Positions 31,337 to 46,446 of a DNA stretch of 64,000 nt are shown here, piece after piece (position 1 is the stretch's first letter; each line of letters opens with the position of its first letter). The translations under genes and the position numbers were made by a program. A model generated the notes under the pieces. It saw only the letters and a program-made list of their open reading frames with translations, made no database searches and was not told the DNA's origin. Where the stretch lies: the NCBI GenBank assembly GCA_012295275.1, contig CM022667.1:9486001-9550000 (forward strand), in the 5' to 3' direction. This stretch comes from Chrysomallon squamiferum. Lineage: Eukaryota > Animalia > Mollusca.

Positions 31337-32702
31337 AAATTATGCAGACGTTTAAGAGTGTAAGTTTTAACAGCATGTAATACAATATTAATGTTTCGCA
31401 AAATTAAAGTTTACGATTATGGCTAACCTCGCAATCTTTTTAATTTATTTATATTTCACATGTTTATTGTTATTTTATTTTTTCTGCCATCATATTCATT
31501 TCAAAATAATTATTGCTCCTATACCTAATATTTACCAACTTACTTATTTATTTAGCTTATTAGTGTTCGTGTTTCTTTTCTTGTTAATTTATTTACTAAC
31601 TTACTTTCTTTCTTCATTCCTCACTTATTAACTTTTTTGACTGTTTATTTACGTGTCTATTCACTTACAAATTTACTTGATAGATTATTGACTTCATTAT
31701 TTACTTCCTTATTTACTTATTTAGTTCCTTCCTTACCTACTAACTTACTTATTTTCTTAATTATTTAGTCATTCGTTATTTGCTTATGTGACAACGTTTA
31801 ACCAGTAACTGAAAGTACATTTACTGTATTTTTTACGGTAACATTAGTGTTGGTATGTTTTAGTTTATGATGTAGATTTTATTGTTTCGTCACGTTCCTA
31901 TGTAAATGCGATGTATTACTTAGTCACGATTATTGTTTCAGCTTTCTAGCCACATTACTTGATTGTGGAGAAATCGTTACGTTACTTGTGTCGAATACGT
32001 TACATATAGTTCTATAAACAAAAAAACAAATAAAACAACGTGTATGTTTGTCTATAAAAAAAAACTTAAATACATCTTTCTGTTTGTGTTTGTGATAAAT
32101 ATTAAACATTATAAATTAACCCACTCCAGAAACGGTTTACAAAAATCAACCGGGAATCAATTAGCCAATCGAAAACCATCTTAGAATAAAGAAGCAAAAA
32201 TCTGATACTAAAAAGCTTCCAGTCGGTGACAGTTTTGAAAACATGATTACTAGTTCCGGTTAACCAGTAAGAAATCCGGTTTAGGATTATTATCATCATC
32301 GTCATCACACTCTTGTCCTTCGATTAAACGATTTATTATTTAAAATTCCTCTGAAATATCCAATACAAAGGCTCATTTGAAATCACCGAATATTGTTATC
32401 CAATAGACAGTCCTTATAAATACATTTACAAATAATATCCATCCATAATATGGCATGAATCAAATACAATTAAAACTAACTATCCAATCCACTGCTGGTT
32501 TAGAAAATAATTAACGTACAATAAACCAATCAACGGTTTGATTAGAAAAAACGTTATCCAATCCAAAACGAGTTTTAAGCTATCGCCAAACAAAACAAAA
32601 ATGTTATTCAACCTTCAGTTGGTTTAGAAATTAAAATAAATATTGTGGTTAATTAACTTTCCAGTCCAGATGTATTTTGTTCCTTCTTTCGAGGTGTTTT
32701 AA

Positions 32703-32772
<70 letters not shown>

Positions 32773-32800
32773 TTAAAGAGCTTTTAATGAGTAGCTATTT

Positions 32801-34684
32801 TTAGCAGTGCAGGTCGTTGTTACTGCAGACATTATCAATCATTACTTGGACTTCCCATCGTAAAGCGCTCATGTGACTGTCCACCGAATTATACACGTTT
32901 CTCACAGTCTGCTCAATGTTGAATATTCTTGCCATCATCTCTCTTATCTGGTGCTCCTGTTCGTTCGATCCTGACTGAAGTTCCCGGATGTACTGTTCGT
33001 GTTTCTCCGCTATCTGTTTGAGTTCTCGAATCTCGCCTCTGCTCCTGATGACCAGATCGCGTAGGTTGTCCACTCGTCCGTCCACCTTTGTGTACTGGGC
33101 GTTGAAGTAACTGGCATACTGAGAGCCGTACGTCACTGGGGTCTCATCTCTCTGAAACGTCCCGTCTTCAAGACGCGTGATTTTGTTGTTTTGTAAGGTG
33201 ACCTTTGACCTTAGTTTTCGAAATCGGCCACGAAGTCTTCCCATCGACCTTTCTAGCTGCCTGACCCTGATTTCAGACTTCGTCTGAATGTGAAAAGATT
33301 TTTTCTTGAATAGTTCCAGTTCCTGAACTTTCTTTTTGAGATTACGAATCACCGACGGCTCGTTTGTCGACTTATTTGCCTTCGGTACCTTCTTAGATTT
33401 TTTATGATCCCTATTAATTATTCCGCTTGTAATATTTTTAATTTTAATATCCGTTTCGTTCCACGCCACGTCCGTTTCGTTGATGGTTATATACGTTTGG
33501 TTCACAAATGCCGTTTCATTCAGAGTAATATCCGTTTGGTTCACTGTAACTTCCGTTTGATTCGCTATAACTTCTGTTTGATTTACTGTAACTTCCGTTT
33601 GGTTCACTGTAACATCCGTTTGGTTCACTGTAACTTCCGTTTGATTTACTGTAACTTCCGTCTGGTTCACTGTAACATCCGTTTCATTCACTGTAACTTC
33701 CGTTTGATTTACTGTAACTTCCGTTTGGTTCACTGTAACATCCGTTTCGTTCACTGTAACTTCCGTTGTGGTAATCGCAACTTCCGTTTTGTTAGCCGTA
33801 ACATTGTTTCCCTTAATTGCAACTACCGATTCTTTAATTTCAACTTCCGTTTCATTAACTGTTATTTCATTTTCTTTAAACTCTTTCTTCTTATTCATAG
33901 CAAACGGTTTCTTCTTTATTATTTTCCTTTCTTTTACTCTAACATCCGTTGTCTGTGTTTTATTTGAGGAAATATCTGTAACGTTACCCAAAATCTTCGC
34001 AGAAATATTTGCCACTTTTTCTCTCGTCGTTTCCACTTTAATGGTGACGTTGTCGCTGTTGACAACAATTTTCTTCGAGGCGTACATCTCTGTTATTGCC
34101 ACGTCACCACGTCGAAATACTTTCCTCTGCTTTACGTTTTGTTTTCCTTTCTTTTTTTTACGATTTTTTTCACTGGAAACGGCAGATGAGTTTATGGAAT
34201 CGCTGAAGGGGACGTCTAAGTTGTCTTTCGTGCGTGTCGTTGTTGACGTAGAACTGCCAGGCGTCGTACTAGGTTTTGGAGGATGCTGCTGTTCTAACAT
34301 CCTTTCAAGTTTCGTTAATCTGTCATGGTGATCTTTAAGTGTCAACCTCACTCTATACGCCTCTTCAATCATCGAGTTTTCAAACTGTTCTAACGCCGGT
34401 AACAGAATATTCAAAGCGTTTTCATCGTTTAAATCAACGGTTTGATTAACGAGCGTTGAAAACAAACCCCGCAAACGAAACTGCTCGCTTTTGTCTGACA
34501 GCGACAGATAACTGAGAATATCTTTACGGGTGAAAAAGTGTCGTCTGCTACTGCTCGCAGATTTTGACACTCCCGCGCCTAACACGGCTACTGGCCCACA
34601 TTTGCGAAATACCGAGGTTATGTCCAAAAACATGACTGAAACGAACAAAAAGTTCACCGCAGACGTTGATGATGCCAACGCCAT
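32801..34684 (-). CDS. Uncharacterised intronless 627-aa protein: putative signal peptide, coiled coils, central (VTVNQTE)n N-glycosylation repeat
   Basis: 1884-nt uninterrupted, non-microsatellite ORF in a very AT-rich background. Hydrophobic N-terminus (AVNFLFVSVMFLDITSVF), heptad-like segments near aa 95-135 and aa 445-615, C-terminal ...NVCSNNDLHC. No family recognised. Confidence 0.85.
   Translation of the reverse strand: MALASSTSAVNFLFVSVMFLDITSVFRKCGPVAVLGAGVSKSASSSRRHFFTRKDILSYLSLSDKSEQFRLRGLFSTLVNQTVDLNDENALNILLPALEQFENSMIEEAYRVRLTLKDHHDRLTKLERMLEQQHPPKPSTTPGSSTSTTTRTKDNLDVPFSDSINSSAVSSEKNRKKKKGKQNVKQRKVFRRGDVAITEMYASKKIVVNSDNVTIKVETTREKVANISAKILGNVTDISSNKTQTTDVRVKERKIIKKKPFAMNKKKEFKENEITVNETEVEIKESVVAIKGNNVTANKTEVAITTTEVTVNETDVTVNQTEVTVNQTEVTVNETDVTVNQTEVTVNQTEVTVNQTDVTVNQTEVTVNQTEVIANQTEVTVNQTDITLNETAFVNQTYITINETDVAWNETDIKIKNITSGIINRDHKKSKKVPKANKSTNEPSVIRNLKKKVQELELFKKKSFHIQTKSEIRVRQLERSMGRLRGRFRKLRSKVTLQNNKITRLEDGTFQRDETPVTYGSQYASYFNAQYTKVDGRVDNLRDLVIRSRGEIRELKQIAEKHEQYIRELQSGSNEQEHQIREMMARIFNIEQTVRNVYNSVDSHMSALRWEVQVMIDNVCSNNDLHC
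33450..33870 (-). repeat. Coding 21-bp tandem repeat with 63-bp higher-order period
   Basis: Encodes VTVN(E/Q)TD-VTVNQTE-VTVNQTE three times plus degenerate flanking units; plus-strand unit about TCCGTTTGGTTCACTGTAACT. Confidence 0.92.
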
Positions 34685-34952
34685 CCTCGGCGTGTTGTGA
34701 TCACAACTACAGATGCGACTTGTGCAGAAATAAATGAAGCTCCGCTTCGGAACGTTACGCCACGCGGAGCCGGCTACTCAAACCTTTCTTACATTATTTA
34801 GTCGTTCGTCGCACTTCTCGTCTTCAGAAATGGGGCAGTTATCGTACCGTACACTTTGCATTAAAATGTTTGCACACATGCCGTGGAATGGTTTTCCCCC
34901 CTTTGATTTAGTGGATTATTTTTTCGCTCTCTTGGTTTTTTGGTTGTGTATT

Positions 34953-34992
<40 letters not shown>

Positions 34993-35161
34993 ACATTGCT
35001 CGAATATGTTAAAGTGATTAAAAAACTAAAACTAAACTGCTGAACCGCCAAAAGCAGTGCCATTTTAGATAGACATGGCGTTCCGCATGGACAGTGTTTG
35101 TAAATTATTAACATCTGTAAGTATACAAGATGCAAACGTGGCAATGGAGCGGGCCTCTTTG

Positions 35162-35197
<36 letters not shown>

Positions 35198-35358
35198 CTT
35201 TCTCTTCAAGGGTAGAAGCAGACGCCCCGGTCTCTCATCCTGCGGCTTTTAAACTAATAAGAGGATAATCCCTTGGCAAACAGATGGTAAATAAATAATG
35301 CACTCGTTTTAGTGTCAAACAAAAAAGGAAGAAGTTAGATACGGTAAGAACAGAAGAC

Positions 35359-37155
<1,797 letters not shown>

Positions 37156-37589
37156 AGAAGAAAACCCCTTACAAACCTGTCAACAACTAAATCCTACTGT
37201 AAAGACGGGGACACGATCCACTGACCTCCTGCACAAAGCTTACTAACAAAACAGCATACCAGGACCAACTCCAGCCTACCGCGCCTATCATACCGCGCTA
37301 CAAGAACGCCACCTGATATGACCTTGGCCACCAAGTGCAAATATTCGGCACTTTTCGCACCAGTTCGTGACTGTAATTAAATAAACAGAAGTGCAAATAG
37401 CAGTGTGCTCACCTTTTCCAGGTATGGCTCTTTATTAGGAGCGTCTAGCACGAGAGATACTGTAACCTAAATGATTTTGTTTAATTCCCTTACAATTGTC
37501 ATCTCTCTTTCAGATCTCCTCAAAAAACTCCTTTAGAATGAATGTCCAAGATACTTTTTCTTTCTTTCTTCTTTCAATAGTAAACAGAA

Positions 37590-37642
<53 letters not shown>

Positions 37643-38520
37643 TATCATCTTATTTAATTAAATAAAGATGACAAAAACATGCTGATGATGGCTATAACGA
37701 CAACATAATCAATACTGCAATGATAATTAATGAAGAAAAAAAAAACAAAAAAAAAAAACACACGCTCTTACATGAACTACATAGTTATTGCATTAAAAAT
37801 TATATGAAGGTGATGATGATGTTAATAATAACAACATAATCAGTACTGCAATGATAATGAATGGACAAAAACAGATCAACAATACTTTTCAATATCTCTT
37901 TGAAATAAGGAACTATGATGATAATGGTGTGATGCTCATTCTGATGCTAATAATACTGTCGTTTAAATCTAAGTACACAATTATACAGTTTTAAATTTCC
38001 ATATAAAATAAGCCTTTTCTTCTTCATCTTCTTTTCATCGAATGCACAGCCATATCTTACGATATTAACCTTTGAAAAACACATAATCCTAACAAAACTT
38101 TTGAAATATTCATGGGTCATTGTGTGAATGGGACTGAAGCAAATCACGGGGTTACAGTCACGTGATATACATTTGTTAGTGCAGGCAAAAGTGCTGACAT
38201 CTGTTAATAATGATGAACAACGAAATGGAGCTGTGAAACAGTGAATGACTTTGTATTAGTTTCTAAATGAATCGATGATTACTTTATTTAGAATGATTCT
38301 TATATATCAATTTCTAAGTTCTGATTTCCTAACACTAACAGGCGTCAAGGTATATTCGTCTTTGTACTTTTCGCATAATATGCCTGGTCCTAATTTAAAC
38401 ATGAAATCATTCATTTTGTTTTAATCGTGGTTAATGTCACACGGAGGTAACAAAAAAAAAAAAAAAATTGTTTTTTTTTTGTTGTCTTTTTGTCCCCCTT
38501 AAATAATAATAATAATAATA

Positions 38521-38585
<65 letters not shown>

Positions 38586-39825
38586 ATTCAGTAAAATACG
38601 TAATAAAAATGAATCTGCTTACAATTGCTGTAATTATTATTACCATCATTAAGATTTAATTTTCATTTTTATCAAGTTTTTATTTTATTTTATTTTATTT
38701 TATTTTATTTTATTTATTTACTAAGTTTATTTATTTATTTATTACGCGTGAAAAATAAACCAACTTTTATTTAGGTAAATACGGTTTTTAAAACCAGTAA
38801 CTTGAACGTTTTACTCTAAATGCCTGAGTTGGCAGTGGCTGGGGTGCAGTTTTTGCAGACTACTTGTCTATTACGTAAGTAAGCCAGTCGTTTCGTTCGT
38901 CCTCGTTGGTTTTTCTCGCCTGCTGAAGAAGGTAATTATCGTAGAACTCTGACAATTGTTGCAGGCATCACAGAATATCAACAAATTGACCATGAACAAG
39001 CTGATAATGTTCAAGTGGAAGAAAAAGATTCTGATGCTCTCAGTCTGCCTAGTTCCGGTGGAATAAACGATAAGAAACCTAAGTGTTACATGAGTGAGAT
39101 TGCATCTTTGACTTGATAATTATACAAGCCTAACGGGGGGTCGAAGACTTTGTTCCGTATTAGATTGAACGCCTCTCGTGTAAAGGACGTATAAATACTT
39201 GTTTATCGAAACGAAGTTCAAAAGGTTCTCTTTTTTTTTTTTTTCCTTTTTTCTTTTTCATATTTACTGTTCCATTTTACAGACATTATTAATATTAATA
39301 TTATGAAATAAATGGTTTATCTTTAGAATATCTATAAATAAATTATTGTTTAAGTTTACTAATTTATTCTTGGACACAATAAAAAAAAAAAAATAAATAA
39401 ATAAAAATTCTAGCATTCGTACTGCATTTGACCTTTGTTTTATTTGTTAAAGTCACGTTCAAATATAGCGATAACTTTTTAAAGTAAATGGGTTTCTCGC
39501 AGAGGAATTTACAAAGGAAGAAAACCGAGCGTAACATAGATTTAAAATACTACCGAGAGACAGTCAACGTTTCTTTTCACTTTCATTTCACTTCGAAACT
39601 TGTAAGGAAGAGTTAATAAAATGTTCAAATATCGCGGCCATAAAATCTAGAAATAATAACACAAACTACTAGTTATTTATGAATATAATTTAAACTGCTA
39701 CCGTATCTTGAATTTATTGCTTCCTGATGTTGAACAAAATGGTTAATCCAACAGCATAAAGTGATAAACGTGCCTAAAAATACTGAGGACCAAGACTAAA
39801 CAGATTTTCATATAAATTATCAGTC

Positions 39826-39989
39826 ATGTCCTGGAAAAGTGACGTTAAGTTTGCTTCAAAAGTTGCTGATTGCTGCAAGCAGGCTTACGAGAAACAGAAA
39901 AAGAAAGGAAAGAAGACAGGACCAAGGCGAGAGTGGACTTTGTTAGCGTGTGTTTGTGTTACGGTTGAAAACGGTAGGTTCTGTTACAT

Positions 39990-40041
<52 letters not shown>

Positions 40042-43000
40042 GAACTTTATTTTAAGTGTTTAACATCAAACGGTGGTGAAAGCGGTAATTATCATTAATC
40101 ATAAGGGTACTTCCTTATTTTATTTTGACAGCAAATGGATATACTATTGAAGTTATCTCATTGGGAACTGGTTCCAAATGTCTTGGAGAATCAAAACTGA
40201 GAAAATCTGGTAAGTATATTTTATGATAAGTTAAAAGAGTTAATTATAATGGACTGCAAAATGTTATAACTAACAAATGTTTAAACAGATTTCAAGAGAT
40301 TTATTTATTTAAATGCAGATTTCAAAATAAAAACACAAAAAGAAAATTAACTCATTTTATCAAGTGAATTTAAATATTAAAAATATATTATATACTAAAA
40401 TAAATTAATTTTTATTATTTTAGGTGATGTTGTCAATGACAGTCATGCAGAAATTATAGCTAGACGGTCTTTTCTGTGGTATATTTTATAACTGTGTTTA
40501 TTATTACTATTATTGTAGTTATTATTTGTTATTATTATTTGTAAATAGGGTTTTACCAAAAAAAAAAAAAAAAAAAAAAAGAAATATAGTTGAGTTAATG
40601 TTATAGATATCCTTTAATATGGATATTTTTTCCAAATTACTTTGTTTCTGTTTAAAAATAACTATCTTTTAAATATTCATTCATTATTTAAAAAACAAAA
40701 CAAAGAAATGTACACATTTAATATGAATAATAAATTAAAATTTAATTTAATTTTAACAATAGGAAAACATAAAATAAAAAAGAGGATTAAATAAACTGAT
40801 AAATTTACATATAACTCATTTCTTCAAAACATTTAACAATTATATTTTGTGAAATTTTTATCTTTTAATTTCATAGCTACTTATACGAGCAGCTTCTTCT
40901 GGTGCATTCTGGGAAAGAAAGTGAAGTGTTGACTGTTCCCATGGCAACTGATGACTGGCAGTGTTCAATAAAGGAGGGTGTTGATTTTCATTTTTTCTCC
41001 AGTCATACACCATGTATGTTGTTGCTGTTGTGATGTTGATTTATGTGATAATGTTAGGTTAAAAGAATAGTAAAATAAATGTAAACTTCTTTTAATCTTT
41101 GTAAAAGCTATCACTGTTAGAGATAACTGAATTTCAATTTCAGATAACTTATAAACAGGTGCATATTATAAGTTACTGTTTTTGATTTTATTAATATTTT
41201 ATTTATGGTTGTTTTGAATATATTATCATCACCTTATTATTATTATTATGTAACTAAAAATGTTTTCATATTATTGAAGAAACACAGGTTTTACAATTCT
41301 AATGAATACAACAAGAAACTTATTTATTGATTTAGATATAAAGTACTATTTTTATTTATTGTTTTAATATTCTTTTTTTTTCTCTAGGTGGAGATGCATC
41401 GATATTCCCTAAGGAAGTATCAGAAAGCAGTGAAGATGGTTCTAAAGTAACAATAAATTTAAAACGAAAACGAGAAGCAAGTCCATCAGATTCATCTAAA
41501 GAAAAATGTTTGCATGTCTGCAGTGAATCAGACATGTCAAGCAGTTTGAACTGTCTGAACCCAGAAAATCGTAATACAACTTCTTCAATCTCTAAATGTA
41601 AAAAGAAAAAAGACTCTGGAAATTTAATTGACCAGAAAGAAGAATCAGAGCATTTGACATTATCCTATACAGAAACATCTTTTGAAAAAAATCATAACTT
41701 GGAAGAACATAATAAAGAAGTGAAAAATGTAAAACAAGATTTTAGTGATGAAAATGAAATTCTGAAACCAATTGATAGAATAAAAGAAAATTTTTGTTGT
41801 GAAAATGTTTGTGAGAGAAAAGACTGTAATAATATTCATAGAGATAATCAGACATCTGATGCTTATCCAGTATCTGAAAGAACTAACTCAGAGAAACCAA
41901 AAGATATTTATCGGACAGGGGCAAAGTGTGTTGCCGGGGGTGACCAAGATTCCCATGGGTCAGGTGTGGAGTACCACACTGTCAGTGCTTTGCGAATAAA
42001 ACCTGGTCGAGGAGATCGAACTATTTCCATGTCGTGCAGTGATAAAATTGCTCGATGGAACATTCTCGGTTGTCAGGGGGCACTGCTCTCTCACTTCCTG
42101 ACCGGTCCAATATATTTCAGATCTTATGTGACTGGCAGGTACAAATGGTTTCTTTATAACACTACTATTTATTTAATACGTTATTGTTGTTATAATGTAT
42201 ATTTATCAAACATTTTGTAGCTTTTTTTGGTTTCTCCAAACATGCCAGCAAAACGTAAAGAATACTAATATATTAAAAAAGGGAAACGTCTGAGCTGCGA
42301 TTAAAAAAAAAAGAAAAGAAGAATAACCATTTAATTAGTTAAATATAAAAAGATAAAAATCTGAAATTTTTAACAGTAGTCTCCTTCTTAAATCTGTGGC
42401 CTGGAAACTATTTGTTTAATGTCATCTCAACTCATTAAAATAGTCAAAGGTGTTGAGGACATTTCTTATTCAACTTGAAAATTTCCTTTATCATAAGCTC
42501 TCTAGAATATTCAAAACTGTTCTGGGGTTTTGGGGTTTTTTTTTTAGAGGAGTGTGAAAAAAGCAGCTTTTAACAAGAATCTTATGTCATTAATATTTTA
42601 TTTTAAACTGGCTAATTTCTATCTTTATTTCAGATGCCCCTATAATGAAACTGCAATGAAACGTGCCATAATTGACAGAGTAAGCAAGGTTCAACATCTC
42701 CCTCCTGGTTACCATATCAACAAGCCAGTCCTCCTGCAGTCTGATTGGCTATTTGTTGATGGCAAAGAGGCTTTAGAAATAGATAATCCAGGAGAGAAAA
42801 TTGTACCATCATCTGCTGGTATCAATTTTGTTATCTGATACTTTGATTATGAAATATCTGATGTATGAATTACACAAACACACACTATACCAAAACAAAT
42901 ATTATATATATGTGTCTACGTATGTGTAGGTAACAGACGCACAATTCTAAATGGAATGGAAAATAATAAAAATGGTGACAACTTCAAATTCATGACCAAA

Positions 43001-44498
43001 TTTTTCATTAATTACACAAATATATTTTTAAGCCAGGTTTATAAAACAATAAATTATCTATTCACACAAGAATTTCTATGTCCAGAATTAATGTTTTTTA
43101 TAAAGAATTTGTTTTTTGTATTTACTTATTAACTTATTTATTTATTTAAGTACTAACTTACTTACTTACATCATTTATTTATTTATTTATTTTTCAGCAA
43201 TCTCTTGGTTTAAAGGATGCACTCAATCAGAAGTGACTGTTCTTGGCAGAAAACAAGGAACAACTAAAAAAACAGCTGACAGACCAGAAGCAAGGTAAAA
43301 GATTCAAAACACTAAAATATAAATAATGTTTTCATCTGTTAACTAGGATTACATTAAACTGTGATGTTACTATGAAACATATTTAAAATTCTTAATTACT
43401 TTTTAACACCTTAACATATTTTATTATTTATGATTGGTAGATGTCAATCTTGTATTACTTGTTATCTGTAACTGGGAGTAAAATTTTCTAATGCAAACTA
43501 TCTGGGGAATGAAAAATAAATTTATGTGATATTTATATATCCTTTTCCTTTTGTATTTATTACTAAAGATTTACTTTAAAGAACAAAGATATCCGGGTAT
43601 AATACAAAACAGTATGTTTCTGAATAGGTAAATTACACCTATTTTAGAATTTTCATTTTTGAAAAAATCTGGTCATGATGTTTTTGTATTTGTTAATTTA
43701 AGTTTTTGTATTTTTTTTAGGTGTCGTATATGCAGTATAGAATTTTTAAAAAGATTTACCTCCATTTTGGAAAACATAGAAGATACAAAAATACCAAAGA
43801 ATTTGAAGTATGTTTTCAAATTAACAATGAAATTTATTTTAAAAAAAGAAGAATAAATAAGTAAATTTTGTAAAAGCTATCTCCCTCTGATGACTCAAAG
43901 AACATTTGTTTAATGTCATCTCATTCAGATTGTTATAAAATGTGGTTATTTGCAATTTTTTTTTTTTTTTTTTTGTATTTTTAATGTGTCAGATACACTT
44001 GATTTATCCAGGAAATAACTAACTTAGCACTTATTTAATTATCAGTTTATTTTTTTTTTTTATATTTAATGTTTATGAATAAGGAGCATGAATTTATTGT
44101 TTTCTTCAAAATGTGTCACTTGTCATTATCAACCTTTGCTAATAAAAGACAATCTCTCTAAACTTTACAAAATAGTTTGGCCATTTATAAATATTACCAA
44201 GATGACATTTCATTTTATTTCGGTTATTTTTTATTTTATTTTTTTAATAAAACAAAAATCATAATTTTAAATTTAATAACTACAAAATTATATTGTTCTG
44301 TTAGTTTATTTTTTATTTTAAAAAAAAATAATTTAAATTTTAATTTCCAGGAAATTCTCAGATTTATCTAAGGTGACATATCATGAATTGAAAGAGGCAG
44401 CTGTGGATTATCAAGATGCTTGGGCATATCTTCAGAAAGAAGCTTTTAATACGTGGATTAAGAAATCCAGAGATTATCTCCAATTTATCTCTGAATAA
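39826..44498 (+). CDS. ADAT1: tRNA-specific adenosine deaminase 1 (A37 of tRNA-Ala), 561 aa, 9 exons
   Basis: Exons 39826-39973, 40132-40209, 40424-40478, 40877-41013, 41388-42138, 42634-42818, 43198-43294, 43721-43807, 44351-44498. Motifs [74 protein letters not shown]. No dsRBD, so not ADAR. Confidence 0.95.
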
Positions 44499-45265
44499 TG
44501 ATTTTAAGAATGACTGATTTTGGGGCAGGGTATTCTGATTTTATTTTTTTCATATTCATTTTGTTATTTAATTTTCATATGCAAAGAAGTGTGTAAAAAA
44601 TACTGAAAAATACTACAGAACTGGTGATTGTACATCACAGACGAACGTAAAGTAATGATTACATATTTTATAAATACATGCACAATATGTCTTATTTTTT
44701 TTCACACGCATCTGTGTGAATGTGTCAATTTGTAAATAAATTTAGAAACCCAACAAAAAAAATTAAATTAAAAACAACATCTAATTTCAGGCTAAATTAA
44801 ATTTCAATTTAATTTTGAATGTTTAAAGATTTATATCTCTTGACATTCCATCGAGCAACATAAAGAAATTTTAATTTTCTTTTACTATATTCTTCTGTAT
44901 CTGTTACTGCAACAGTGATTTCTGTTTTATCAGTTTATTATTATTATTGATTTATAGATGTTATTGTATCAGCACTGACTGATTACGGTAAGTTACTAAA
45001 GAGTGTGTTGACTTTTCCTCTTCCAAGCTAATCTAATTAGGTAACTGAAAAACCATTACATCTGGTTTTCATTAAGACTGACATTGCCTACTTGTCCATG
45101 TTTCACATATACTCATGCACGAATATTTTTAACTATGTTCTAAATTTACTTTACGATTAACTCAACATTGCATCTTTTCTGGTAATGTTAATTTTATTCG
45201 CATCAGTAATTAATTCCTCCATTTTGTAATCAAACTAGGTTTGTAGGTTCTTTTAAATTACGTTA

Positions 45266-45745
45266 CTGTGGTACCTTGGTTCTGAAACTTAACCTGTTCC
45301 AGAAAGCGGTTTGTAAACCGAATTAACCTTTTGCCATAAGAAATAATATAAATTTGATTACCCCCAAAATTACTGATTTTAAAGCATTTTTATATTAAAT
45401 ATAGTACATATTTTAACCTGTATTATAATAATACTAACTGCACTTCATATGTAGTAAGCAGATTGTGTAAGTGGAAGGGGTGAGGTGAGATGTTATTCGA
45501 GGGACTTCATTTTCATTAAAATGAGGTTTGTTTCTGCTTACGTTTTAAAATGTTCTTAAAGTAAGAGATGGCATTGATACTGAAAAGGTTTATTCTGCCG
45601 TTTGCTATAATTTTGTGAGGGTGAATTTTTTTCACCAAATTTTATAATTCTCCTCATTTTCCACACATTTCTTTGATTAATAAACAAGGACCATCCTCCC
45701 TTTTCTCCTTCTCGGCTGTCTTCGGTCTGAGAACCGAACCTACGT
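45266..45745 (-). mobile_element. Decayed Tigger/pogo-family DNA transposon (one TIR plus transposase C-terminal remnant)
   Basis: TA|CTGTGGTACCTTGGTTCTGAAACTTAACCTGTTCCAGAA...CCATAAGAAATAAT resembles Tigger TIRs. The minus strand at about 45520-45715 reads EKEKREDGPCLLIKEMCGK*GEL*NLVKKxHPHKIIANGRINLFSINAISYFKNILKRKQKQTS, like the TIGD1/Tigger transposase C-terminus, with stops. Partial opposite-TIR motif GAGAACCGA at about 45729. Confidence 0.78.
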
Positions 45746-46381
45746 TTTTTCCTCGAACAATATTATCGAAATATCACTCTAGTTATATAATGGAATAGTA
45801 AAATATTTCTTACCTTAAAAGATCATCATCTTCTGACTTAGTAATAATAAAGTAGTCCATTTTTGTTAATCCAATAAAACAGGCAGCTTCTTATATTTGT
45901 ACATCATAAATGACGTCATATAATTGTTAACATTTAATTTATAGTCGAACCTTTGGAGCCGAAAATATAGATAAAAATGATAATCGTTCATAACTTGTAT
46001 TTTTTCATTCGAAAAATGTAGTAACTAATCAACAAATTAAAAACAAACATAATTTCCTTAAATTATTCTAGGATATTAATATTAACGATAATGTAATAAT
46101 ATCCTATCTTAAATGATTTGTCTCTAAAGCATTATCGTCTGCCTAAAATGCTAATTTCTAAAACACACGTGTATTTAAACTTTCACCAAAAATAAATAAA
46201 TTATACTTCACATTGATATTATATACTGTCAGTATAACCATATTCATCTCCAAAAATACATAATTGATTGTTAATTAATTTGGAATACTTTTTATTATGA
46301 CATTTTTATTTTCTAACATAAGTAATTGTCCTTCGGAAAATACTACTAAATTATATTCGGAATACATCGTTCAACATCGCG

Positions 46382-46446
<65 letters not shown>

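Noticed and set aside
33450-33870. Regular repeats resembling a CRISPR array
   Set aside because: Head-to-tail 21-bp units without unique spacers, inside a eukaryotic CDS; no cas genes.
33404-34331. Two 187-aa plus-strand ORFs (NFRLVHC repeats)
   Set aside because: Antisense shadows of the 21-bp coding repeat and of the 627-aa gene.
38880-38950. Hammerhead ribozyme (CTGAAGA and CGAAAC words)
   Set aside because: The two core words are on opposite strands or in the wrong order, and no stem II forms. Other CTGATGA sites I checked also lack a properly placed GAAA.
43885-43935. Intronic box C/D snoRNA in ADAT1 (TGATGA; about 20 nt shared with 42409-42430)
   Set aside because: No suitably placed CTGA box D or terminal stem; more likely a small repeat fragment.
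39826-44498. ADAR-type mRNA editing enzyme
   Set aside because: No dsRNA-binding domains; the N-terminus and RTGAKCV motif are ADAT1-type.
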